This document shows positions 40,957 through 49,419 of a stretch of DNA of 64,000 bases, one piece after another. Source of the DNA: Nanobdellota archaeon (GTDB taxonomy: Archaea; Nanobdellota; Nanobdellia; Pacearchaeales; GW2011-AR1); NCBI GenBank assembly GCA_038045705.1, contig JBBSXO010000002.1:25557-89556 (forward strand). Direction: 5' to 3'. The stretch's first letter is position 1; the number at the start of each line of letters is the position of its first letter. The position numbers were made by a program, and so were the translations under genes. Under the pieces are notes generated by a model that saw nothing but the letters and a program-made list of their open reading frames with translations, was not told the DNA's origin and made no database searches.

Positions 40957-40989
40957 ATAGCTCACTTAAATTCAAACACGGACCCAAAT

Positions 40990-41058
40990 TAGTAAGAGCC
41001 ATGGAGTTACAGAGAGCCTAATTTTGGGCTGTTTCTCCCGCGTACGTAACGAATTCTA
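40990..41058 (+). repeat. Degenerate copy of the element-end repeat
   Basis: AGTAAGAGCC, TACAGAGA and GCGT(A)CGTAACGAATTCT blocks collinear with 43370..43473. Confidence 0.6.
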
Positions 41059-41196
41059 AATTATTTAATTGTGGGCTACAACCCTTGCCGCACTCTGGGC
41101 TCACTTGGCATTTTCATGGGATTTATTTCTTTTCTCTTAATATTTTTATTATATTAGATACATAAAGATTAAATAGACTCAATTTTCATATTTTTT

Positions 41197-41673
41197 ATGA
41201 AAAAAGCAAGATTACAAATGGGAGATTTGCCTTACCCTCAATATATGGGTGAAGCACCAGATACTACCAATGATGGAAACATTAGATGGATAGGTGTTAA
41301 AGCATATGGGCTATCGGGTAAAGTAGAAGACTTCTTGTGGTGGAGAAATTTCAAAGTAGGCAACCTAAATGATGAAAGAGCAAGACATGAAGCAGCAGCA
41401 TTTATAGCAAGATTAAAAATTGGGATGAATACTGATTCAGCTTTTGGCCGTGCCTTAGATCTAAGTAATTGTGATCAAGCTACTGGAAGGGTTGCCGCAT
41501 CTAATGAGCGTGGATTATATGGAGTATATGTTGAAGCAGAAAAGAGACCATTATTTAATTTTATGACTATGATGAATGGTCTTGAAACTGAAGAAGCATT
41601 TAGAAGAAAAGACTCTAAGGAATTTGAGAGAATTTACTTACAAGCAAAAACAGTTCTCCCTTATAGTAAATAA
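41197..41673 (+). CDS. Orphan hypothetical protein
   Basis: 158-aa ORF. Confidence 0.55.
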   Translation: MKKARLQMGDLPYPQYMGEAPDTTNDGNIRWIGVKAYGLSGKVEDFLWWRNFKVGNLNDERARHEAAAFIARLKIGMNTDSAFGRALDLSNCDQATGRVAASNERGLYGVYVEAEKRPLFNFMTMMNGLETEEAFRRKDSKEFERIYLQAKTVLPYSK

Positions 41674-41688
41674 TTATAATTTTGCTAA

Positions 41689-42372
41689 TCACTTAGACTT
41701 TTTATATGGAAGCTTCTTTGGGCCTTTTGGTTCTGGTTGAGCTTTTGTAAAATCTGGAATAATGAAGACTTCTCCTCTAACTTGACTTTGATCAGTATAA
41801 GTTACATCTCTACCAGATACTACACTGGCAACCAAATTTAGTCTTCTATGGCCTAACTCTTTTCCTTCAACCCCAAAAACTTTGTCTCCTTCTGTTCCAT
41901 GATATTCAACTGCAATTAATGTTCCAGGTAAAAATGCCATAACACCATATGCTCCACCCTCTACTCCAACTTTTACATAGTCGGGAGTATTTTTATTTCC
42001 TCTTACAACTTGTAAATCTGTTACTTTTTTACCATTTAGCATTCTCTCAGAAATCTCTCTAATTGGCGAACTACTATTGGTTCTGTGAACTTTTAATTTA
42101 GGATCTCTCTTAACTAAAGCGATTCCTAAACTGTCGCTTTCTTTTTGTTCAGTTCCAAAATAATGTCTTTCTTCCATCGAACCAATACATGTTCCTATGT
42201 AACCTGGTCTCTCAAACCTAAAAGTTAGTCTTGTTCCTTGACTTGTTTCAAAATTAGCCCAATGTTCTGTGTACCACGTTGGATGAAATGTTCTTACAGT
42301 TTCTTGTGTAACATCATGAGTAATTCTTTCTAAATCGGATTTTTGAGCTAATCTATAATCTTCATTAGCCAT
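41689..42372 (-). CDS. Hypothetical protein, third gene of macro-domain operon
   Basis: Start abuts macro gene stop. Confidence 0.65.
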   Translation of the reverse strand: MANEDYRLAQKSDLERITHDVTQETVRTFHPTWYTEHWANFETSQGTRLTFRFERPGYIGTCIGSMEERHYFGTEQKESDSLGIALVKRDPKLKVHRTNSSSPIREISERMLNGKKVTDLQVVRGNKNTPDYVKVGVEGGAYGVMAFLPGTLIAVEYHGTEGDKVFGVEGKELGHRRLNLVASVVSGRDVTYTDQSQVRGEVFIIPDFTKAQPEPKGPKKLPYKKSK

Positions 42373-42373
42373 A

Positions 42374-42925
42374 TTAATTAGAAGATAATCCTGATCTTAA
42401 TTTCATTGCTGTAGCAACATCACCATAAACTACAAATGTTAGATTATTCATTTTTGTTTTAGCACCGTATTGATCCATAAATCTTCCTATACCTGCTCCA
42501 AGCTTAGAAATTGCTTCTTGGGGAGTTTTTTCTACTACTCCTGCCATTACACCCATTCTTATAGTTGGGATAAGGATTTTTCCATAATTTTGGCTGTGTG
42601 CAGCTTCAAGTCCAGCATAGACTACTTCATCTAGCGGACTTCTTAAATCATCTACTACAAATACTACATCTCTAAATCCAATTTTTCTATCAGGTCTAGC
42701 TCCACCTTTTGCAATTATTGTTTGTAAATTTTGTAAAGGCATAGCTTTTGAAGCTTGTGAATGATAATGATCTCCAGCTACTCTTTGTATAGCCCCATCA
42801 ATTCCGCCAAACCACATACCACCAGAATTAATCGCAGTAATTAAAGCATCAGCTGGTATTTTAGTTATATCTCCATCCACAACATACAAACCAGTTTTAC
42901 CGATTTTCTTTACCAACCCATCCAT
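42374..42925 (-). CDS. Macro-domain (ADP-ribose binding/hydrolase) protein
   Basis: VVDGDITKIPADALITAINS.G.W.GGIDGAI, PTIRMGV. Confidence 0.85.
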   Translation of the reverse strand: MDGLVKKIGKTGLYVVDGDITKIPADALITAINSGGMWFGGIDGAIQRVAGDHYHSQASKAMPLQNLQTIIAKGGARPDRKIGFRDVVFVVDDLRSPLDEVVYAGLEAAHSQNYGKILIPTIRMGVMAGVVEKTPQEAISKLGAGIGRFMDQYGAKTKMNNLTFVVYGDVATAMKLRSGLSSN

Positions 42926-42927
42926 AA

Positions 42928-43305
42928 TTACTTTTCTCCAACGATTACATCTTTCTTTTCAAAAGGCTGGAAGTTTCCTCTTCTTGTTTTTACAATTTTT
43001 TTCCAACCATTAGATCTCATATTGCTTTGTAAAATATCACTATTTGGCACTTCTCTCTTAACATCATCAAGGCTCATAAGTTTCCCAAAATAATGCATTC
43101 CAGAACGATTTCTCGGTTCTCCAACAAGAATCTCTCCATCTTGAGCAACATATTCTTGTCTGTCAAAAAATGCATAACCAAATGCTTCTCTTGGTGTTTG
43201 AACTACTGATGGATCTCTTGCTTCAACTTCTTGAGCAGAACTTTCACTAAAGAAGCTTCCTAGATAAAGGAATTCTACATAATGCTTTAATGTTTCTTTT
43301 GCCAT
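42928..43305 (-). CDS. Hypothetical protein, first gene of macro-domain operon
   Basis: 2-bp gap to macro gene. Confidence 0.65.
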   Translation of the reverse strand: MAKETLKHYVEFLYLGSFFSESSAQEVEARDPSVVQTPREAFGYAFFDRQEYVAQDGEILVGEPRNRSGMHYFGKLMSLDDVKREVPNSDILQSNMRSNGWKKIVKTRRGNFQPFEKKDVIVGEK

Positions 43306-43369
43306 AATTTTAAAGCTAAATTTAAGTATTTAAATGTTTGTATGGTTGTTCTTATTTAGTAACAACTTA

Positions 43370-43541
43370 AGTAAGAGCCAAAGAGAGCCCTTTGAGGCGC
43401 TCTGGGAGACATAGAGATACAGAGACCTACTTTTTTCAATAAATCTCAAATTTAGCGTCGTAAACGCAATTCTCCACCCGCCGAGATCGGGTGGCTTATT
43501 CTAGCCATTTTTCTATGGCTTTTTCTGCTTCTGTTCTCTGG
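43370..43541. repeat. Element-end repeat, longest copy (hairpin + coding tail)
   Basis: 43486..43529 is 42/44 identical to 46280..46323; CCACCCG/CGGGTGG hairpin. Confidence 0.85.
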
Positions 43542-43580
43542 GGAGAAATATTTAAATATCTCAATTACAATAGCATTACC

Positions 43581-43829
43581 ATGGTAATGGATACAATTCA
43601 AGTAAGATTAGGACATGGCTTGGTAAAAAAGATTGACGCACTAGTAGACACTGGCGTTTATTCTAGTAGATCAGATGTACTAAGAGATGCTGTAAGAAGG
43701 TTAGTGTTGGATAAACTAATAGGCTTAATTTCCGATGAAGGAGATTCTGTTGTTCAAGCTAAGAATTTGAGAAAAAAGTTATCAAAAGAAAAATTTGATT
43801 TAAATGAGATAAATAAGTTAGCTGAATGA
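43581..43829 (+). CDS. Ribbon-helix-helix (CopG/Arc) antitoxin-like regulator
   Basis: TIQVRL....VKKIDALV..G.YSSRSDVLRDAVR. Confidence 0.85.
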   Translation: MVMDTIQVRLGHGLVKKIDALVDTGVYSSRSDVLRDAVRRLVLDKLIGLISDEGDSVVQAKNLRKKLSKEKFDLNEINKLAE

Positions 43830-44249
43830 CTCTTCTGGTTTTGAAACGTTTACATGTTTTTTTGCGAAAATGATTAAATCTTCATCGCGTGTAATTAATT
43901 GTAGATTCAGTCTTTTTGCTATTGCAATATGCAAGTAATCGTAAAAACTTAGAGTTTCATTTTCTTTCTCCCATTTCCTTGCTAAATCATAATCTCTAGG
44001 ATCTGTTTTTATAATTTCAATGAAATCAGATTCTTTAAAAAATTGGTTAACTAACTGAAATCTCTCTTTGAGAGTATAATATAATTCTTTAAGAACAATT
44101 GTAGATATAACTATTTTCTCTTGTTTATCCTCAATTTTTTCAATGAAATCTTTTGCAAGTTTCCAATATTGTACGCCACTTTTTGGATTAACTTCTTTCT
44201 TTAACAAATTTAACCAAATACATGTATCAAGATAGTATTTCTTTCCCAC
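43818..44249 (-). CDS. PIN-domain (VapC-like) ribonuclease
   Basis: YYLDTCIW, LKEL, SFYDYLHIAIA, LITRDEDL; probable GTG start. Confidence 0.88.
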   Translation of the reverse strand: MGKKYYLDTCIWLNLLKKEVNPKSGVQYWKLAKDFIEKIEDKQEKIVISTIVLKELYYTLKERFQLVNQFFKESDFIEIIKTDPRDYDLARKWEKENETLSFYDYLHIAIAKRLNLQLITRDEDLIIFAKKHVNVSKPEESFS

Positions 44250-44387
44250 ATAAGTTAAACATTTAATAATTATAAATAACTTTCTCTTTCGTCTCGACAA
44301 GATATATAAATCCTAAGTGTCTTTAAGAATTAACAAAATTAAGAACATACTCGATGCTCATCGGATTAGACAAAACTTCCTAGTGCA

Positions 44388-44399
44388 CGGCCCGCGCAT
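44388..44399 (+). repeat. Copy of tRNA-Gly 3' end (att-like)
   Basis: CGGCCCGCGCAT, a 12-bp GC-rich exact match in AT-rich DNA. Confidence 0.75.
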
Positions 44400-44626
44400 G
44401 GTACCATTATGCGATTTCTAAGAGTAATAAATTGGCTGAAAAAGATAAGCTAGTTAAGATTAATTAAATGCTATTTTGCGCTATAAGTTACAAAATGTTT
44501 ACATATAGCTACAAAATAGGTTTATTAATAATAGATATCAATACTAAAATGTATTAAAACTTACAAAATATGTAAGAAATAATACCAAATAGCAATATTT
44601 ATAAACTCTAAAACCTTAAGTATATT

Positions 44627-45868
44627 ATGGTAACTAAGTATGATGCTTTTGAAATAATTTACAAAAATAGGGCATTGCTTAAACCGATTGAGGTAGTTAA
44701 GAAGCTCAATAAAGATGAAAGGGAATATCATATAATTCATAGATACTTAAGAGAGTTAGCAAATGAAAATTTATTAGTCAAAAAGAAAGACGGATTTCAA
44801 GCAGAGATATCAGAAAAAACGGACCTCTTGTATAATCTAATTCTTTATTGCATAAAAAATGGAATAAATTATAATCTTATTTTAGATAAAAACTTTGCGC
44901 AATTTATAAGCCAGTCTATACAAAGAGAAGAAATTAGTTCTAAGAGCATTAAATTGAATCCTAGAACTATAAAAAAGTATGTCGAGATTTTAGACCGTTA
45001 TGGTTTAATATTGATAATTTCTGAAAAACCATTAAGGGCTAAATTATTCTATAATGTCCTTCTTAACAATTTGCTTGTTTATTTTGGGTATAAACACTCT
45101 GTAGTTAATGAAAACTCCAGAAATTACATTAGGGAAATAAAAAAAGAGTTAGAATCCTTTCGAAAGCTAAAGAAGAAAGATGAAGCAAAATATAGAAAGA
45201 TAGTGAACGAATTTGAGATATCCTTTATTTATCATAGCTTATCTCTAGAGGGAAACCCAATAACCCTTCCAGATACGATTAAAATATTAAAAGAAAATTT
45301 AGTTCCTGCGAATCTAAAAATAAAGGACGTTGATGAAGTTAAAAATTATCAAGAAGCTATGTTTCAAATGCTAAAAGACACAAATGAAAGAAAGCCACTA
45401 AGCATACAATCAGTCTTAGATTATCATAGAATTGCAATGAGACATCAAACATACCTTGCAGGAAGCATTAGAACAATTTCTGTACATATCAAAGGCAATC
45501 CAGATTTTAAGACAACCAATGCTGAAAAAATTAAAGAAGAACTGGATAAGTTATTTGATAGATACAACGAATTCATCAAAAGAAAAAATGTGCCTTTAGA
45601 AGAAATATTAAAATTCGCCGTTTATTTTCACAATGAGTTTCAGCACATTCATCCATTCATAGATGGAAACAGCAGAACAACCAGATTAATCACATTTCAC
45701 TTGCTTCAATCCTTAGACATTCCCATTATTGATATTCCATTTGGCTTGCTTGATGAATATTTAAGCTCCACGAAAGGCTCAAAGAACAGAGAGGATAGTA
45801 AGTTATATCAAAATCTTCAAAAGATAATTTTGTTTAATCTCAAGAAGATAAATAAGAGATTAGCTTGA
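44627..45868 (+). CDS. Fic-domain protein with N-terminal wHTH-like region
   Basis: SLSLEGN, HPFIDGNSRTTR. Confidence 0.92.
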   Translation: MVTKYDAFEIIYKNRALLKPIEVVKKLNKDEREYHIIHRYLRELANENLLVKKKDGFQAEISEKTDLLYNLILYCIKNGINYNLILDKNFAQFISQSIQREEISSKSIKLNPRTIKKYVEILDRYGLILIISEKPLRAKLFYNVLLNNLLVYFGYKHSVVNENSRNYIREIKKELESFRKLKKKDEAKYRKIVNEFEISFIYHSLSLEGNPITLPDTIKILKENLVPANLKIKDVDEVKNYQEAMFQMLKDTNERKPLSIQSVLDYHRIAMRHQTYLAGSIRTISVHIKGNPDFKTTNAEKIKEELDKLFDRYNEFIKRKNVPLEEILKFAVYFHNEFQHIHPFIDGNSRTTRLITFHLLQSLDIPIIDIPFGLLDEYLSSTKGSKNREDSKLYQNLQKIILFNLKKINKRLA

Positions 45869-45964
45869 CTAAAAGGTTCGTGACAAGTGGTTGGTGCGCA
45901 TGCAATTCATCCAATCCACGCCTTACCATAAAGTATATAAAGTATTAATTTCTTACTTTCTTAC

Positions 45965-46171
45965 ATGGAAATAACTAAAGTCAGTTCAAAAGGTCAAGTA
46001 GTAATACCTTCAAAAATAAGGGAAATGTTGGGTCTAGTGGAAGGCTCAACTGTAGCTTTAGAAGTAATTAATGATATGGCTGTAATAAAAAAGTTAGATG
46101 TGGATCTAGTAAGTCAGTTTAAGAACAGCTTGTCTGATGTTAAGGCTGGTAGAATAAGAAGAGTAGCTTAA
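45965..46171 (+). CDS. AbrB/MazE/SpoVT-family DNA-binding protein
   Basis: TKVSSKGQVVIPSKIRE.LGL.EG. Confidence 0.9.
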   Translation: MEITKVSSKGQVVIPSKIREMLGLVEGSTVALEVINDMAVIKKLDVDLVSQFKNSLSDVKAGRIRRVA

Positions 46172-46209
46172 TTATTTGATAATCTCTTTTTCATATTATG
46201 TATACATAT

Positions 46210-46335
46210 ATACAGAGACTGACTCTTTTTAGCAAAATCGTGAATTTAACGTCGACATTCCATTTCCCCACCAGCGAAAATCGGGTGGCTTATTCCAGCC
46301 ATTTTTCTATAGCTTTTTCTGCTATGTTCTCTTGG
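46210..46335. repeat. Element-end repeat, second long copy
   Basis: Collinear with 43417..43541. Confidence 0.85.
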
Positions 46336-46384
46336 TGCCCATTAACGATAACTTTAAATATCAATTGATACTAGAAAATATCAG

Positions 46385-46915
46385 ATGAAAATAAAAGATA
46401 TCAAACAAGCAATTAAGGAGTATTTCTTTGTTAATCCTGCTTCTAAGCTTAGAGTCAGAGAAATTGAAAGAACATTAAAACTTTCTCTGCCTTCTGTTAT
46501 TAGGTACTGCAAAGAATTAGAGCAAGATGGTATTTTAACAATAAACAAAACTGGAAGTGTTATTTTCTATACTGCAACCAGAAACGAAACCTACTTTTTA
46601 GAAAAAAAGCTTTACAATATCAAGCAATTATATGATTCTGGGTTAATAGGTTATCTTAAAGTAGAATTAAGCAACCCAGTAATTGTTCTTTTCGGCTCTT
46701 ATGCAAAAGGAGAAGACACAGAAAATAGCGATGTTGATTTGTATATAGAAACGCCATCAAAAAAACAAATAAATATTGAAAAATTCAGTAAATTATTACA
46801 TCGAAAAATCCAATTATTTCAGAATAAAAATCTAAAAGAAATGACAAACCCGCACCTAGCAAATAATATTATAAACGGTATAACTCTAAATAACCATATT
46901 GAGGTCTTCAAATGA
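46385..46915 (+). CDS. wHTH + minimal nucleotidyltransferase (MNT antitoxin)
   Basis: LFGSYAKGED...SDVDLYI. Confidence 0.9.
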   Translation: MKIKDIKQAIKEYFFVNPASKLRVREIERTLKLSLPSVIRYCKELEQDGILTINKTGSVIFYTATRNETYFLEKKLYNIKQLYDSGLIGYLKVELSNPVIVLFGSYAKGEDTENSDVDLYIETPSKKQINIEKFSKLLHRKIQLFQNKNLKEMTNPHLANNIINGITLNNHIEVFK

Positions 46916-47313
46916 AAGAAACAAACTGGAATGATTGTTTAATAAATAAAACAGCAAAAAGCATAACTCCTGACATAAACCGAGCAAAGTCACTTATAGA
47001 AACTGCAAAAGAAAGAATAAGTCTTATCAAAGAAATAAATCAAAAGAACTGCAATTTTGTATTTGAAGATTATTACACATCTTTATTGGAGCTTTTGCAA
47101 GCAATAACTTTCAAAAAAGGATTTAATATCATAAACCATATATGCTTAGGTTTTTATCTAAGAGATATCCTAAAAAGAGAAGATTTATACTTTCTATTTG
47201 ATGACCTAAGATTTAAGAGAAACTCTCTCACTTATTACGGAAGTAGAATGGATTATGAAACAGCAAAGCAAGCCATAGAAAAATGTAAAAGGCTGATTAA
47301 TGAGTTGGAATGA
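46912..47313 (+). CDS. HEPN-domain protein (toxin partner of MNT)
   Basis: ATGA overlap with MNT; YY.S, NH, RFKRNSLTYYG. Confidence 0.8.
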   Translation: MKETNWNDCLINKTAKSITPDINRAKSLIETAKERISLIKEINQKNCNFVFEDYYTSLLELLQAITFKKGFNIINHICLGFYLRDILKREDLYFLFDDLRFKRNSLTYYGSRMDYETAKQAIEKCKRLINELE

Positions 47314-47579
47314 AATCTATAATAATAGAAGCCCAGATTGAAGATTTCGCTTAGATATATGTTATGAAATTGTATTAGGGTCTACAAGTGTGAAAAACCC
47401 TCTGGAAATACCACAGGACCCTAATGCCTCTGCCGCACATACCACAAGATATTTAAGCTCTGAATGGGTCTAATTTTTAATAAACTCCATGGAATCTTCA
47501 CGGACCCCATGATTTTTTTAATTATATTAATTTACTAACCAAAAGTCTTATATAACCTTAATTCCTCATAATATTAACA

Positions 47580-47699
47580 TAATCCCGGGTGATCTTACGG
47601 TTGCCCGATGTTTCTTAACCGCAAGATATTTAATAGGTCGAAGGTCTTGATTTATTATCTACCCACTAGGTTTGCACTGCAACCCTAGTTTTTTGTTTT
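47580..47699 (+). ncRNA. Candidate structured RNA or leader with terminator-like end
   Basis: TTATATAA at 47548; stems 47586..47607, 47632..47656, 47665..47689 then U-tract. Confidence 0.45.
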
Positions 47700-47721
47700 A
47701 TTATAGCCGTGATTGAATACT

Positions 47722-48132
47722 ATGAATGAATCTAAAGAGGAATATTTTGTTTTAAGCGAAAGACTTGAAATAGTTAGATGGGCCATTAGTGGAGATTGTG
47801 ATGACATTGATTGTGATAGATATCTTTACAAGGATCTTTTAAGGAAAAAGTATAAGCCTGTTTTAGAACATAATTTTTCTTGTATTAACAAACTGAAAAG
47901 AGAGGAAAAAGCTCTTTTAAGAATCCTTAGTGATAAAAGGTATAAAAAGTCCCGTTATGAAACCTGTCAGGTCTGTAAAAACTACGCTGATAAGTTAGAT
48001 GAAAAAAATGAAATTGTTTGTTTTGCTAAAGAACTAGGTGATAGAAAAGGTTCAGAAATAAAAACCTTTTTTGTACATAAAAGATGTTACAAGAAAGTTA
48101 AATCTCCTAAAGGGTGGAATAAACTAATATAA
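47722..48132 (+). CDS. Cys/His-containing hypothetical protein
   Basis: CQVC...HKRC possible Zn site. Confidence 0.55.
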   Translation: MNESKEEYFVLSERLEIVRWAISGDCDDIDCDRYLYKDLLRKKYKPVLEHNFSCINKLKREEKALLRILSDKRYKKSRYETCQVCKNYADKLDEKNEIVCFAKELGDRKGSEIKTFFVHKRCYKKVKSPKGWNKLI

Positions 48133-48175
48133 AAAGGTTTAAATAATATCAATTGATAATATTATCATTAGATAC

Positions 48176-48469
48176 ATGGAAACTCAAGAATTAAAGAAAA
48201 TGAAATTTAACTTAAATGAAATTATAACGAGAAGTCCTAGACTAGACACCGTAGTTATGGTAGAACATTTTATCAAAGAGTATAGTGGAGAATATAAAAA
48301 AACAGAATTGTTCAATAAACTCCCTAAAAAGATGATGTGGGGAACATTTAATGTAATTTTACAATATTTATGGGATAACAATAAAATAGGGATAGATAAA
48401 AATGATTATGTTGTTTATATCTGGAATCCTGAATTAGTAGAGAAACTTAAAAATAGAAAAGCATATTAA
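48176..48469 (+). CDS. Small wHTH-like protein (putative antitoxin)
   Basis: PRLDTV.MVE...LF.KLPKKMMW.T..VIL.YL; directly upstream of RelE-like gene. Confidence 0.6.
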   Translation: METQELKKMKFNLNEIITRSPRLDTVVMVEHFIKEYSGEYKKTELFNKLPKKMMWGTFNVILQYLWDNNKIGIDKNDYVVYIWNPELVEKLKNRKAY

Positions 48470-48474
48470 ACTTT

Positions 48475-48810
48475 ATGTTGGTTAAACCTGCTAAAGAGCT
48501 TAAATTTATAGAGCAAGATATAGAAGATAATTTTCTTTCTTTACCAAATAATAGTCTTATAAAAAAAGGAATTCAAAGAGCTATTACCAAGCTAAAAGAA
48601 AATGTTTTTGCAGGAGAAAATATTCGTAAAGAGCGAATACCTAAAGAATATATTCAAAAATATTTGATAGATAATTTATGGTGGTATCCACTGCCTGATG
48701 CATGGAGATTAGTTTATTCTATTGCAACAAGTAAATCAGAAGTATTGGTTACAATTATTGAATATTTTGATCATAAAAATTATGCTAAAAGATTTGGTTA
48801 CAAATCTTAA
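48475..48810 (+). CDS. RelE/ParE-like toxin
   Basis: NLWWYPLPDAWRLVYSI...DHKNYAKRFGY. Confidence 0.65.
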   Translation: MLVKPAKELKFIEQDIEDNFLSLPNNSLIKKGIQRAITKLKENVFAGENIRKERIPKEYIQKYLIDNLWWYPLPDAWRLVYSIATSKSEVLVTIIEYFDHKNYAKRFGYKS

Positions 48811-48872
48811 TTAGGTGCGCATGAAAGAATATCCGTAGGACCCAGTACGGCCCTTGAGCAACTTTCACGTGA
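48807..48872. repeat. Palindromic junction between convergent TA modules containing inverted and direct copies of island junction motifs
   Basis: 48807..48831 inverted copy of 39575..39599; ACGGCCC...CTTTCACGTGA resembles 38081..38119. Confidence 0.65.
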
Positions 48873-48886
48873 TATGGGGCAATTAA

Positions 48887-49225
48887 TTAGAAACCTTCTT
48901 CACCAATACTTCTTAAAATTCTTTTGATTTCGTCAATTACTTTTTGCTGATCTTTCTTATTAGACATTCTTACAAATTTGATTAATAAATCATTTAATTC
49001 TTCTTTTTGAAGGACCTTTATTTTGAAACCATTGGTTATGAAATAGAATCTGTAGTTGTCACGCTTGAGCTCTTTAATCACCATTCCACTTACTTGGCCT
49101 ACAACTTGGCCTTTATGTGGATTTTGTTCTAATTCTCTAAATGACTCGAATATTTCTGTTGATTGTTTCTTAAAAATTTTATATATTTCTTCTTCTAGTT
49201 TTTTTGTAACTATTACTTTTGCCAT
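48887..49225 (-). CDS. RelE/ParE-like toxin
   Basis: LEQNPHKG...IKELKR..YRFYF. Confidence 0.6.
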   Translation of the reverse strand: MAKVIVTKKLEEEIYKIFKKQSTEIFESFRELEQNPHKGQVVGQVSGMVIKELKRDNYRFYFITNGFKIKVLQKEELNDLLIKFVRMSNKKDQQKVIDEIKRILRSIGEEGF

Positions 49226-49419
49226 CTTTTTTTAGAATTCTCTATGGCTTCATCTATCGAAATTGTATCTTCTTCATCCATTAATAAGTCTTGTAATTGT
49301 CTTTTCTTAGCACTAGCTATTAATTTTGCAAGTATTTGAGAATAAGTTTCTCCTTTATTTCCAAATTCTTTTATTTGATCTTTTATTTCATTACTTAGGG
49401 CAATTGTTGTATTTTCCAT
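49213..49419 (-). CDS. Small antitoxin-like protein
   Basis: TTIALS.EIK..IKEFG.KGETY.QIL; overlaps toxin start. Confidence 0.7.
   Translation of the reverse strand: MENTTIALSNEIKDQIKEFGNKGETYSQILAKLIASAKKRQLQDLLMDEEDTISIDEAIENSKKRWQK

Noticed and set aside
47586-47662. Canonical fluoride riboswitch
   Set aside because: Only scattered words match; the GAUGG-GUUC and GCUAAUGAC core is absent and no crcB-type gene follows.
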